Below are positions 18,667-26,707 of a DNA stretch of 64,000 bases, in pieces. Source of the stretch: Parcubacteria group bacterium (GTDB lineage: Bacteria > Patescibacteriota > Minisyncoccia > Phycocordibacterales > Phycocordibacteraceae). The notes beneath the pieces are model-generated. The model did not search any database. It worked only from the letters and a program-made list of their open reading frames with translations, and had not been told where the DNA came from. The number at the start of each line of letters is the position of its first letter. The stretch's first letter is position 1. Where the stretch lies: assembly GCA_028286605.1 (NCBI GenBank), contig JAQBRE010000002.1, positions 262,011 to 326,010 on the forward strand. Direction: 5' to 3'. The position numbers and the translations under genes were made by a program.

Positions 18667-18727
18667 CCGCGCCTCCTGAATTGTTGAAGATCACGCAACT
18701 GGATATATTTTAAAACTATACTAATCT

Positions 18728-18786
18728 CTTGTCAAACACGACCTAGACGCTCGATTGTAGTTCGGACATCGTCCCAGACGGCCAGC
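18728..18786 (+). repeat. Cassette-boundary direct repeat, copy D
   Basis: TTGTCAAACACGACCTAGACGCTCGATTGTAGTTCGGACATCGTCCCAGACGGCCAGCT. Confidence 0.7.
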
Positions 18787-18819
18787 TCGACGTACTTACG
18801 TATAAGTGGTATTCCAAGA

Positions 18820-19524
18820 GTGGAGCTACGGTTCCGTTCTTTTGCAATCGGAGAAATGACCATGGTTACGACCGGGTATGACACTGTCGCTATTATTTCA
18901 GGGAAGATTCGGATTGATCCAACAACCTTTACGCCCACCGAATGGAAAACTATTATTGATGCTGCCATCAAAGAACTTACGATTGGGTACCTGAGTAATC
19001 TTGAAACAATTGGCCAACTTTTGCTGCCTAAGCGAGCTAACGAAATTAGCACTGAATATAACATATTCAATTTGCTTCATGTTGAACGTTCGTTTGACGA
19101 AAGTATTATGCATCCTGATTTCTTGAATCTCGGCACTCTTGTTGAGTTGCCTGACTGGAGAAGTTGGCCAAAAGCGTCAGCGCACAGTGATAGGTATGCT
19201 GAACTTTGCGAAACTATACTTACACTCAGGCGAGGCAAGCACGGCAGCACACATTTGGTACAAGTGGATATCTTCTGGTACCTCGAGGAAAGCCAGGCGG
19301 AGAGGAGATTGCAAGCCAAGCTGATCGTTATGCGCAACATCGTTGAAATTGATAAGCTCTTTGAGTCGCTCGGAACCACTGCATACCTTCGTGGGAAAAG
19401 AGTACTTTGGCAGCTGTATTCAGCACAAAAATCCACTCTTGCAAATATGAATCAGCGCGCAGCCGCTGCGCAAGAGGCCGCACAAAAGCTGGAGTCTTAT
19501 CTCACTCGAGCAGACATACTTTAG
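18820..19524 (+). CDS. Hypothetical protein
   Basis: 234 aa; an alternative start at ATG 18856 is preceded by CGGAGAA; no motif recognised. Confidence 0.5.
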   Translation: MELRFRSFAIGEMTMVTTGYDTVAIISGKIRIDPTTFTPTEWKTIIDAAIKELTIGYLSNLETIGQLLLPKRANEISTEYNIFNLLHVERSFDESIMHPDFLNLGTLVELPDWRSWPKASAHSDRYAELCETILTLRRGKHGSTHLVQVDIFWYLEESQAERRLQAKLIVMRNIVEIDKLFESLGTTAYLRGKRVLWQLYSAQKSTLANMNQRAAAAQEAAQKLESYLTRADIL

Positions 19525-19528
19525 AAGT

Positions 19529-19556
19529 GGGGCCGCAGCTTGTCTGCGGCCTTTTC
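19529..19556. terminator. Intrinsic terminator
   Basis: GGCCGCAG-CTTGT-CTGCGGCC-TTTTCT. Confidence 0.7.
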
Positions 19557-19562
19557 TATTTT

Positions 19563-19584
19563 GGTTCCCATCAACACCATCTTG
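19563..19584 (+). repeat. Degenerate copy G of the boundary repeat (GGTTCCCATCAACACCATCTTG)
   Basis: Begins GGTTCCCA...CATCT like copy F. Confidence 0.35.
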
Positions 19585-19597
19585 TATACTTATATAT

Positions 19598-19909
19598 ATG
19601 GCCAAAACTATTTCTGGCGGCACGGTACATGATCTGCCAGCAGATGTACGAAAGGCGTTGAAAGCGGATCCTAAAGCTCTTGCGTTGTGGGAAGGTCTTA
19701 CGCCACTCGCACGTAATGAGTGGATTTGTTGGGCTATCTCCGTTAAGAAATCAGAAACGCGTCAGGAGCATATCGAACGAATATGCTCCGAGCTGAAAGA
19801 GGGAATGCGCCGCCCTTGCTGCTGGGTAGGTTGTATTCATCGGAAGGATAAATCATTAAGCCCTTCGCAAAAATACGTGCTTAGTAAACGGCCAAAAAGC
19901 AAGAAATAA
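19598..19909 (+). CDS. YdeI/OmpD-associated family protein (DUF1801-like)
   Basis: 103 aa; LPADVRKALKADPKALALWEGLTPLARNEWICWAISVKK is typical of this family. Confidence 0.6.
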   Translation: MAKTISGGTVHDLPADVRKALKADPKALALWEGLTPLARNEWICWAISVKKSETRQEHIERICSELKEGMRRPCCWVGCIHRKDKSLSPSQKYVLSKRPKSKK

Positions 19910-20062
19910 GAATCCTTAGTATCTAGATATAATTTCTCTATGGAAAGCGAATCCTATCTTCCGCTATATTACTGAGCGGCCGCAGATAAATACCTAAGCA
20001 TTCAGATAGTTTAAATGCAGTCTCAGGCGCCCGCCCGCTTGAGACTTGTTCGGTCTTCCTTT

Positions 20063-20539
20063 CTAACCCTGTCGTGCTGCGTCGATAGCGGCCACGTCAA
20101 TCTTCTGCATGGTCATCATCGCTTTGAACGCGCGCTCTGCTTCTGCGCCACCGATAGCAAATGCCTCAAGCAGCGTACGCGGTGTGATTTGCCATGAAAC
20201 TCCCCAGCGATCCTTGCACCATCCGCAGTCGCTTTCCACGCCGCCATTTCCAACGATCGCGTTCCAATAGCGATCCGTCTCTTCCTGGTCTTCCGTCGTG
20301 ATCTGAAAGGAAAATGCCTCACTTTGCTTAAACGTAGGGCCACCATTGAGACCGACGCAAGGGATTCCACAGACCGTGAACTCCACTGTCAGCGCGTCGC
20401 CCTTCTTTCCATCCGGAAACTCACCAGGCGCGTGAAAAACAGCGCCTACGGTACTATCGGGAAAAGTAGCTGCGTAAAACTTCGCTGCATCTTCCGCGTC
20501 CTTATTGAACCAGAGGCAAATTGTATTTTTCGATATCAT
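20063..20539 (-). CDS. VOC/PhnB-like protein (3-demethylubiquinone-9 3-methyltransferase-domain family)
   Basis: Start taken at the internal Met (MISKNTICLWF...; the track ORF extends to 20578). Glyoxalase-fold pattern typical of PhnB/YjdN. Confidence 0.6.
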   Translation of the reverse strand: MISKNTICLWFNKDAEDAAKFYAATFPDSTVGAVFHAPGEFPDGKKGDALTVEFTVCGIPCVGLNGGPTFKQSEAFSFQITTEDQEETDRYWNAIVGNGGVESDCGWCKDRWGVSWQITPRTLLEAFAIGGAEAERAFKAMMTMQKIDVAAIDAARQG

Positions 20540-20558
20540 AGGTATGTATGTTACACCC

Positions 20559-21029
20559 TTACGCAGAGAGGAACCCATTCAGCTTCTCGAGCTGCTGCGT
20601 GAAGCCCATCTCCATACCTTGAACTGCCATTCCCGCCTTAGGGCCAGTCTTAAGGATAGCCGCTTTAACTTCAACTTTAGTCTTGCCATCGCTTTCAGAA
20701 AGAGTGATCTCGGTCGTCTGATCGATCGTAGTCTCTTCTTTCATACCTTCTGTCCATGCCTGCGCGGTATACGAAAGCTGGGACTCTGGCTCAACAACAG
20801 TGAACTGCGCGAGCATCGGCCACTTCGTACCTTTATACGGACCCATCGCTTCGCCTGCTTCCATCACGATATGAAATGTTCCCCCGACGCGAAGATCAAC
20901 TTCGCATTCAGGAATGCTCACATTGTCCGGACCCCACCACTGCTTCAATTCTTCAGGATCAGTCCATGCCTTCCATACGCGCGAGAGGGAAGCGTCATAA
21001 AGATGCACGAGAGTAATTTCTTTTTCCAT
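20559..21029 (-). CDS. SRPBCC / AHSA1 (activator of Hsp90 ATPase homolog)-domain protein
   Basis: 156 aa; SRVWKAWTDPEELKQWWGP is an AHSA1-family signature; sits next to arsR, a common pairing. Confidence 0.7.
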   Translation of the reverse strand: MEKEITLVHLYDASLSRVWKAWTDPEELKQWWGPDNVSIPECEVDLRVGGTFHIVMEAGEAMGPYKGTKWPMLAQFTVVEPESQLSYTAQAWTEGMKEETTIDQTTEITLSESDGKTKVEVKAAILKTGPKAGMAVQGMEMGFTQQLEKLNGFLSA

Positions 21030-21033
21030 ATGT

Positions 21034-21360
21034 TTATTTTTTATCTTCTAAGAATGTTCCTAATCTATCCAGTCTTCCTTCCCACAGCGCTCGATACTGT
21101 TCCAGATATTTGTCTGCCTGCTGCAGGCCGCCGGGCGAAAGCTCGACGCGTTGTTCACGGCCACGCTTATGCTTGCGCACGAGATTAGCCCGTTCAAGAA
21201 CCTGTATGTGTTTCGAGACTGCTGCGAACGTGAGGTCGTATCGTTGTGCTAATTCTCCGACCGAGTAATCCTGACGACGCAGCCTACGAAGCAAGTCGCG
21301 CCGTGTCGGGTCGGCAAGAGAAGAAAATATGGTGTCGAGCGGACTAGTATATTCAACCAT
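21034..21360 (-). CDS. ArsR/SmtB family transcriptional regulator
   Basis: LADPTRRDLLRRLRRQDYSVGELAQRYDLTFAAVSKHIQVLERANLV is an ArsR-type HTH. Confidence 0.75.
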   Translation of the reverse strand: MVEYTSPLDTIFSSLADPTRRDLLRRLRRQDYSVGELAQRYDLTFAAVSKHIQVLERANLVRKHKRGREQRVELSPGGLQQADKYLEQYRALWEGRLDRLGTFLEDKK

Positions 21361-21465
21361 ATAGTTGAATGATAGTGCAGGTTGATAACTGTGTCAATAC
21401 GCTCAATTCGAAGAACTTTCGTAGTTGTCTTATTCAGGATTCTGATTCAGTGATATGGTACGCAG

Positions 21466-22152
21466 ATGATAGTCACTAAGGACTTGCAGGTAGATATGCG
21501 CGGCGAACCTCTCTTCGAGAAGGTTAATATCGTTATACGTGCGGGCGAGCGCATCGGCGTGCTTGGCCCGAAGGCGAGCGATGTGACGCTTTTCTTCCAT
21601 GTCCTCGTTGGTGAAGCAGAAACGGATGCGGGAAAGGTACTGACCGAAGGAGAACGTGTGGTGTATGTTGATCGTGATACGCTACTCGGCGGTGATGAAT
21701 CGCTTGCGCGCGTGATGCACGCGCGCCCTACCTTTCTTCTTATCGACGCCACGAATCTGACTGCGAGCGCTAACGACCTCGAGCGTGCGAAACGTTTTAT
21801 AGAAAGCTTCCGCGGAGGAATTCTTATCGCAACAGATACTGCGCTGCTTATGAATGCCGCAAAGACCACTCGCGTGTTTGAAATACGCCCTTCGACCAAA
21901 ACTATCACTTCCTATACCGGAAGCTACGCTGCTTACTTGATTGAGAAAGAGAAGAACGATGCGAAGGAACTGGCCGCCTATGAGAAGCAGCAGAAAGAAA
22001 AGCGAAGACTTGAGGATTGGCTTACGAACAAGCGCATAGAAGCGTCGAACGACCGCTCGCCTGAAAAGGGTGCGACCATCCGCACCAAAGCAAAATATTT
22101 GCAGCGCGAGATCCTTGATAAGGAAATACCGAAGCCGAGCCAGTCTGAATAA
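21466..22152 (+). CDS. Degenerate single-domain ABC-F-like protein (catalytic motifs lost)
   Basis: Aligns by eye to an ABC-F N-terminal NBD plus linker, but Walker A is GVLGPKASDV, the signature is LLGG, Walker B is LLIDATN (Glu replaced by Ala) and the H-loop His is replaced by Thr. C-terminal charged coiled-coil. Confidence 0.45.
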   Translation: MIVTKDLQVDMRGEPLFEKVNIVIRAGERIGVLGPKASDVTLFFHVLVGEAETDAGKVLTEGERVVYVDRDTLLGGDESLARVMHARPTFLLIDATNLTASANDLERAKRFIESFRGGILIATDTALLMNAAKTTRVFEIRPSTKTITSYTGSYAAYLIEKEKNDAKELAAYEKQQKEKRRLEDWLTNKRIEASNDRSPEKGATIRTKAKYLQREILDKEIPKPSQSE

Positions 22153-22195
22153 ACTCACAGGAACTACATGCGCTAAAAAGGTATACTGGCCGCAT

Positions 22196-22921
22196 ATGAA
22201 AAAAGAAATAACTTTGAACGGCGTACCCGTATATCACACCTTTCCCGACGACGGCCAGAAGCATCCAGGCCTCATCGTTATCGAAGAGATCTGGGGCGTA
22301 ACCGACCACATAAAGGATGTGGCTGGTCGCTTTGCTGCGCAGGGCTATTCGGTTCTTTCGCCGGAACTCCTGCATGGCATGCCCTTTCTTGGAAAGGTAG
22401 ACCAGAGCGTGCTTGCAGACATGCAAGACCCCGAGAAGCGAGACGAAGCGCAGAAGAAACTGCGAACCGCCATGGCACCTGTTCAGGCGCCGGAATTCGC
22501 AGAAGGAGCCATCGCCGTACTGAAGGCCTGCGTTGATTATCTGATGGCAGACGAGAACGTAGATGGAAACGTCGGCGTCGTCGGATTCTGCTTCGGCGGT
22601 TCATACAGCTTCAAGCTGGCTTCAACCGATTCGCGCATCAAAGCAACGGTGCCATTCTATGGTCATGCGCCTTCAGCAGAGGAAGTAGAAACGATCACGG
22701 GCCCGGTCCTCGCGTTCTATGGAACGGAAGATGCCGCGCTCATGGAATCGCTTCCGAAGCTCAAAGAAGACATGGAGAAAGAAGGGAAGGAGTTTGAGGC
22801 TGTGGTCTTTGAAAACACAGGCCACGCATTCTTCAACGATACGAATGCACTTATGTATCGCCCAGGCCCTGCCGCAGAAGCATGGGATAAGACGCTTGCG
22901 TTCCTCGCGCATAATCTATAA
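22196..22921 (+). CDS. Dienelactone hydrolase family protein
   Basis: alpha/beta hydrolase with a GFCFGG nucleophile elbow; start at ATG 22196 in the track ORF frame. Confidence 0.7.
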   Translation: MKKEITLNGVPVYHTFPDDGQKHPGLIVIEEIWGVTDHIKDVAGRFAAQGYSVLSPELLHGMPFLGKVDQSVLADMQDPEKRDEAQKKLRTAMAPVQAPEFAEGAIAVLKACVDYLMADENVDGNVGVVGFCFGGSYSFKLASTDSRIKATVPFYGHAPSAEEVETITGPVLAFYGTEDAALMESLPKLKEDMEKEGKEFEAVVFENTGHAFFNDTNALMYRPGPAAEAWDKTLAFLAHNL

Positions 22922-22929
22922 TTACTGAT

Positions 22930-23382
22930 ATGAAATTCCTTACCGCATTCCTGGTTGCCCTTATTGGTTCAGTCGTCGTGAACGTTATTATCGTTTCTGT
23001 TCTTGGTCCGATGGTTACTAATCCTGCGATGCCGCTCATGGCGTTGACCATCATGCCTGTTGCTATGTTCACCGCCATCGGTGCAATTGGCGCGACGATC
23101 GTGTACGCGATCATGCGCGCAACGATGATGCGTCCGAACAAAGCATTCATCTGGCTCTCGGTCGTTGTATTCATCGTTTCGTGCTACCCCGATTACATGG
23201 TTATTGGTGCCGTCACTGGTCCGTTCGCTGGCGGTACGCTTGCTGATGCGCTCGTACTTATGCTCATGCACCTTGCTGCCGCGATCATCATTGTTTGGGC
23301 ACTCGTGAAGCTTTGGGGTAGCAGGACGGTGCTCACAAAAATACCAGGCATGCCAACGATGCCGGTTAATCCTCAGGCGTAA
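22930..23382 (+). CDS. Hypothetical 4-TM membrane protein
   Basis: 150 aa, hydrophobic throughout. Confidence 0.5.
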   Translation: MKFLTAFLVALIGSVVVNVIIVSVLGPMVTNPAMPLMALTIMPVAMFTAIGAIGATIVYAIMRATMMRPNKAFIWLSVVVFIVSCYPDYMVIGAVTGPFAGGTLADALVLMLMHLAAAIIIVWALVKLWGSRTVLTKIPGMPTMPVNPQA

Positions 23383-23403
23383 TAGCTTAACCAGAACTCT
23401 TCT

Positions 23404-23784
23404 ATGCTTACCGATTCTCACGCATACAGCGGTTTCTCCGTGAACGATATTGAAAAAGCAAACGAGTTCTATGGTACGACGCTTGGGCTTGATGTGGCAA
23501 AAATGCCTGAGGGTCTGAAGATCAATCTGCCAGGCGGCGGCATGACCTTCATTTATTTGAAGCCGGATCATGTGCCTGCTACGTTCACCATCCTTAACTT
23601 CGAGGTGAAGGATATCGATGCGACGGCAGATGAACTGGTGAAAGCAGGCGTAGTGCTTGAGCGGTATCCGAGTATGCATCAGGACGAGAAGGGAATCGCC
23701 CGCGGCAAAGCCGCGGGCATGGGGCCGGACATCGCGTGGTTCAAGGACCCTGCCGGCAACATTCTTTCAATAACTCATTCGTAA
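23404..23784 (+). CDS. Glyoxalase/bleomycin-resistance (VOC) family protein
   Basis: 126 aa with a VOC-fold pattern (FSVNDIEKANEFYGTTLGL...). Confidence 0.65.
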   Translation: MLTDSHAYSGFSVNDIEKANEFYGTTLGLDVAKMPEGLKINLPGGGMTFIYLKPDHVPATFTILNFEVKDIDATADELVKAGVVLERYPSMHQDEKGIARGKAAGMGPDIAWFKDPAGNILSITHS

Positions 23785-23787
23785 CCG

Positions 23788-24324
23788 ATGACTGATTCGC
23801 AGAGCGACCGCACCGAAGGGTATCATCTGTTTCTTGAGCCTTCAGGTGCGACGGCTGAATCATTGAAGGCAAGTATCGCAGCGCTTGCAGAAGAGTTCGG
23901 CGGACCGACATTTCCCCCACACGTTACGTTGTTGAGTGGTATTGCTACAGAGGAAGAAGAGGTGCTTATAGAGAAAACGGAACAGTTAGCTGCGCTAACT
24001 GTTCCGTTTTCTCTTACGCTTGGCGAAGCGGGAACCGAAGACGCATACTTCCGTGCACTCTATCTGAAGGTTCAGGAGTCAGAGGCGCTTGTTCTATTTC
24101 ATGCGCATGCGAGCGAACTCTTTTCCATGCAAGATGCATCTACGTTCATGCCGCACCTAAGCCTGCTCTATGGGAATTATCCGGAGGAACGCAAAAGAGC
24201 CGCGTTAGCGGCTCTTTTGGTGCCCGAAGGCAGTTTCTCGATTGATCGTATCAGTCTGTATCGCACGGAAGGCACGGTGGCCGACTGGCAGAAAGTAGCG
24301 GATCTATCCCTCGGAACGTACTGA
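23788..24324 (+). CDS. 2H phosphoesterase superfamily protein (LigT/2'-5' RNA ligase-like)
   Basis: Two H-x-T/S-x motifs: PHVTLLSG and PHLSLLYG. Confidence 0.7.
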   Translation: MTDSQSDRTEGYHLFLEPSGATAESLKASIAALAEEFGGPTFPPHVTLLSGIATEEEEVLIEKTEQLAALTVPFSLTLGEAGTEDAYFRALYLKVQESEALVLFHAHASELFSMQDASTFMPHLSLLYGNYPEERKRAALAALLVPEGSFSIDRISLYRTEGTVADWQKVADLSLGTY

Positions 24325-24552
24325 TACGCCCGAGTGAGCGCCCTTGCCCTGAAGCAGCTTGCTCACGCGAGTCGCGTACGGACCTTTGAGGCTCTTCGTC
24401 ACCAAGAAAGCTAGCGTGTCCCCGATGCGGAGGTCCTTGAATGATACGCCCACGAGGTCGCTCGAATCGAAGAACAGCTCTTCCTTGGTACCGTCTTCTT
24501 TTATGAAGCCTGAACCGCGGTCGCTGAATTTTGTGATCTTTCCTGAGTGCAT
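24304..24552 (-). CDS. Cold-shock domain protein
   Basis: KITKFSDRGSGFIKEDG...ELFFDSSDL has the CSD RNP motifs. Confidence 0.7.
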   Translation of the reverse strand: MHSGKITKFSDRGSGFIKEDGTKEELFFDSSDLVGVSFKDLRIGDTLAFLVTKSLKGPYATRVSKLLQGKGAHSGVSVRSEG

Positions 24553-24612
24553 AGTGGTTGTGCTAGTCCTGGTAATGAGAGACGAAAGGCGTCCTTGCGG
24601 ACGCCTTTTCGC

Positions 24613-24822
24613 TTAGACCTTGTGAACGTTGACGGCGTTCTTTTTGCCGTCACCCTTCTCACTGTCCTTAACTTCGAATTCGAGCGTATCTCCGACGTTG
24701 AGGTCTTCGATGCGAACGTTTACGAGGTCAGTTGCATGGAAGAAGAGATCCTTCTCCATACCATCAACTTTAATGAAGCCGAAGCCCTTATCGTTGATAC
24801 CTGCGATTGTTCCTTGTGTCAT
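24613..24822 (-). CDS. Cold-shock protein CspA family
   Basis: MTQGTIAGINDKGFGFIKVDG...DLFFHATDL; start at the internal Met (track 24855). Confidence 0.8.
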   Translation of the reverse strand: MTQGTIAGINDKGFGFIKVDGMEKDLFFHATDLVNVRIEDLNVGDTLEFEVKDSEKGDGKKNAVNVHKV

Positions 24823-24983
24823 GATATATAAGACGATGCACCTGATAACGATCAAGTGCAGGAAAGGCTAAAAATTGGAGTTCGACTCGTTTTCTTCTGC
24901 CCCGCGCTGCGATTGATAAGGACAGTTTACAATTTTCAGGTTTATTTGTCAAACCCCGCCATTAGGTGCGCTATTATAGGCAT

Positions 24984-25142
24984 ATGAAACAGATGGTGTG
25001 GCTCGGAGGATTCGTCGGCTCGACGGCAGGCGGCTATATACCTGCGCTCTGGGGCGGCAGCCTTTTTTCCTTCTCCTCCATCATTCTGGGCGCTATAGGC
25101 GGAGCAGCAGGAATCATTATTGCCTGGAAGATGACGAATTAG
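24984..25142 (+). CDS. Small glycine-zipper membrane protein (52 aa, below the ORF-track cutoff)
   Basis: MKQMVWLGGFVGSTAGGYIPALWGGSLFSFSSIILGAIGGAAGIIIAWKMTN translated by hand; ends 5 nt before the permease ATG; resembles GlsB/YeaQ/YmgE-type small proteins. Confidence 0.4.
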   Translation: MKQMVWLGGFVGSTAGGYIPALWGGSLFSFSSIILGAIGGAAGIIIAWKMTN

Positions 25143-25147
25143 GTGGT

Positions 25148-25981
25148 ATGAGCTTGCGACCACTTAGAAAGAAGCATCACGTGCTGTATTACAGCCATCA
25201 CGGCCGGCCGCCTCGGCCGGTGCATATCGTGCATCGCTTCGCGATGCCTATCGTTGTACCGCTCTTGCTCGTGCTTGGCAGTGCTTTCATCGCCACCGGA
25301 TACTTCGTCGTGCCGAGTTCGTATGCGGCAGAAGGTGCGCGGTTGCTCGCTGCGCTCGGCGCGTCGCTTCTGCGTCTTCTCATCGCGTTCGTGCTCTCGC
25401 TGCTTGTTGGAATCCCGCTCGGCCTCTGGGCCGAGCGAAGCCGTCGCGCAGAAAGCATTCTTCTTCCCGTATTCGATGTACTGGAGTCGATGCCAGTGCT
25501 CGCATTCTTTCCCGTTATCATTTTGTTCTTCTTGCATGCAGGATTACTCGAAGGCGCAGCGATATTCATCATCTTCTTCAGCATGGTATGGAGCATCGCC
25601 TTCAGCGTAGTGGGCGGATTGAAACAGATTCCTGCAGATGTGAAAGCAGTGGGGAAGATCTTCGGACTCACGCGCTGGCAGCGCTTCCGTGAAATTCTGT
25701 TGCCTGCGCTCTTTCCGGCAACACTCACCGGTTCCATCCTCGCACTTGCTGCGGGTTGGAATATCGTGATCGTTTCGGAAGCATTGCACGCGTATTCGCC
25801 GCATGCCGCACAGGCGCACGACTTGTTCGGCCTGGGCAGCATCATCGTCGCGGCATCGGTAGGTGGCCAGAATGCACTGCTCGTTTCTGCGATGCTCCTT
25901 CTTGTGATTACTATCGCGCTGGTGAACCTGTTTATATGGCAGCCGCTTCTTGCGCATGCTGAGCGCTTTAAATTTGAATAA
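25148..25981 (+). CDS. ABC transporter permease (NitT/TauT, SsuC-like)
   Basis: 6 TM helices with the EAA-like loop; start at ATG 25148 in the track frame (MSLRPL...). Confidence 0.8.
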   Translation: MSLRPLRKKHHVLYYSHHGRPPRPVHIVHRFAMPIVVPLLLVLGSAFIATGYFVVPSSYAAEGARLLAALGASLLRLLIAFVLSLLVGIPLGLWAERSRRAESILLPVFDVLESMPVLAFFPVIILFFLHAGLLEGAAIFIIFFSMVWSIAFSVVGGLKQIPADVKAVGKIFGLTRWQRFREILLPALFPATLTGSILALAAGWNIVIVSEALHAYSPHAAQAHDLFGLGSIIVAASVGGQNALLVSAMLLLVITIALVNLFIWQPLLAHAERFKFE

Positions 25982-25982
25982 T

Positions 25983-26705
25983 ATGGAAGATTCCGCACCC
26001 ATCCTTTCGTTCGAGGCCGTATCCTTCGGATACGGCCCGCACCTGCCGTCCATACTCACCAATGTGAGCTTCATGCTGAAGCCCGATACCTTCACGGTTA
26101 TCGTCGGTCCTTCTGGCGGCGGCAAATCTACGCTGCTGCGTTTGGCATCGAGGCTCGACGTCCCTACGAGCGGCACGGTGAAAAATACCGCCCGCACGCG
26201 CATGATCTTCCAGAATGCGGCACTGCTTCCGTGGAAGACCGCACTTCAGAATGTACTCGTCGGCACGACGGATCTTCCTGGTACACCTGCAGAGAAAAAG
26301 GCGCGCGCTCTCGCTGCACTTGCTGAAATGAGTCTTACCGAACACGCGAACAAGACGCCACGCGAGCTTTCGGGCGGGCAGCGTCAGCGTGTGGGTATCG
26401 CACGTGCACTCGTTTCAGAGCCACAGTTCCTTCTTCTGGATGAACCGTTCTCTGCACTCGATTTCGAAACCGCAGAAAAGCTTTCACAGGAAGTACTCGC
26501 CATCTTCAACAAGAAGGGAATCACGATGCTCATGGTTTCGCATAGTATCGAAGATGCGGTGCTCCTTGCTGATGAAATCCTCGTCTGTGCGGGCGGCACG
26601 ATCGCGGATCACGTTGTCGTTCCCATGCCGCGTCCGCGCAATCGCACGGATGCGCAGGTTCTCGCGCTCATTGCGCAGGTACGGAAGTTCATTCCTGAAT
26701 CATAA
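25983..26705 (+). CDS. ABC transporter ATP-binding protein (SsuB/TauB-like)
   Basis: Walker A GPSGGGKST, signature LSGGQRQRV, Walker B LLLDEPFSALD; start at the MEDS Met right after the permease stop. Confidence 0.85.
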   Translation: MEDSAPILSFEAVSFGYGPHLPSILTNVSFMLKPDTFTVIVGPSGGGKSTLLRLASRLDVPTSGTVKNTARTRMIFQNAALLPWKTALQNVLVGTTDLPGTPAEKKARALAALAEMSLTEHANKTPRELSGGQRQRVGIARALVSEPQFLLLDEPFSALDFETAEKLSQEVLAIFNKKGITMLMVSHSIEDAVLLADEILVCAGGTIADHVVVPMPRPRNRTDAQVLALIAQVRKFIPES

Positions 26706-26707
26706 GC

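Noticed and set aside
15472-19584. Classical integron (intI + attI + attC cassette array)
   Set aside because: No tyrosine recombinase and no attI are in view. The repeats are short, highly similar direct repeats with a tRNA-like core. They are not the imperfect R''-L''...L'-R' palindromes with RYYYAAC/GTTRRRY ends expected of attC. The array is retained as an integron-like or tandem-islet candidate only.
15472-19584. CRISPR array
   Set aside because: Repeat spacing is 400-1100 bp and the intervening sequences are protein-coding genes. The repeat copies are imperfect and of unequal length. There are no cas genes.
21447-21908. 153-aa minus-strand ORF
   Set aside because: It is fully antisense to the ABC-F-like ORF that has recognisable domain order, so it is treated as a shadow ORF.
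24998-25147. N-terminal 50-aa extension of the ABC permease ORF
   Set aside because: The extension is Arg-rich and non-membrane. A better small glycine-zipper ORF occupies another frame (24984-25142), and the permease has a Met at 25148 right after it.
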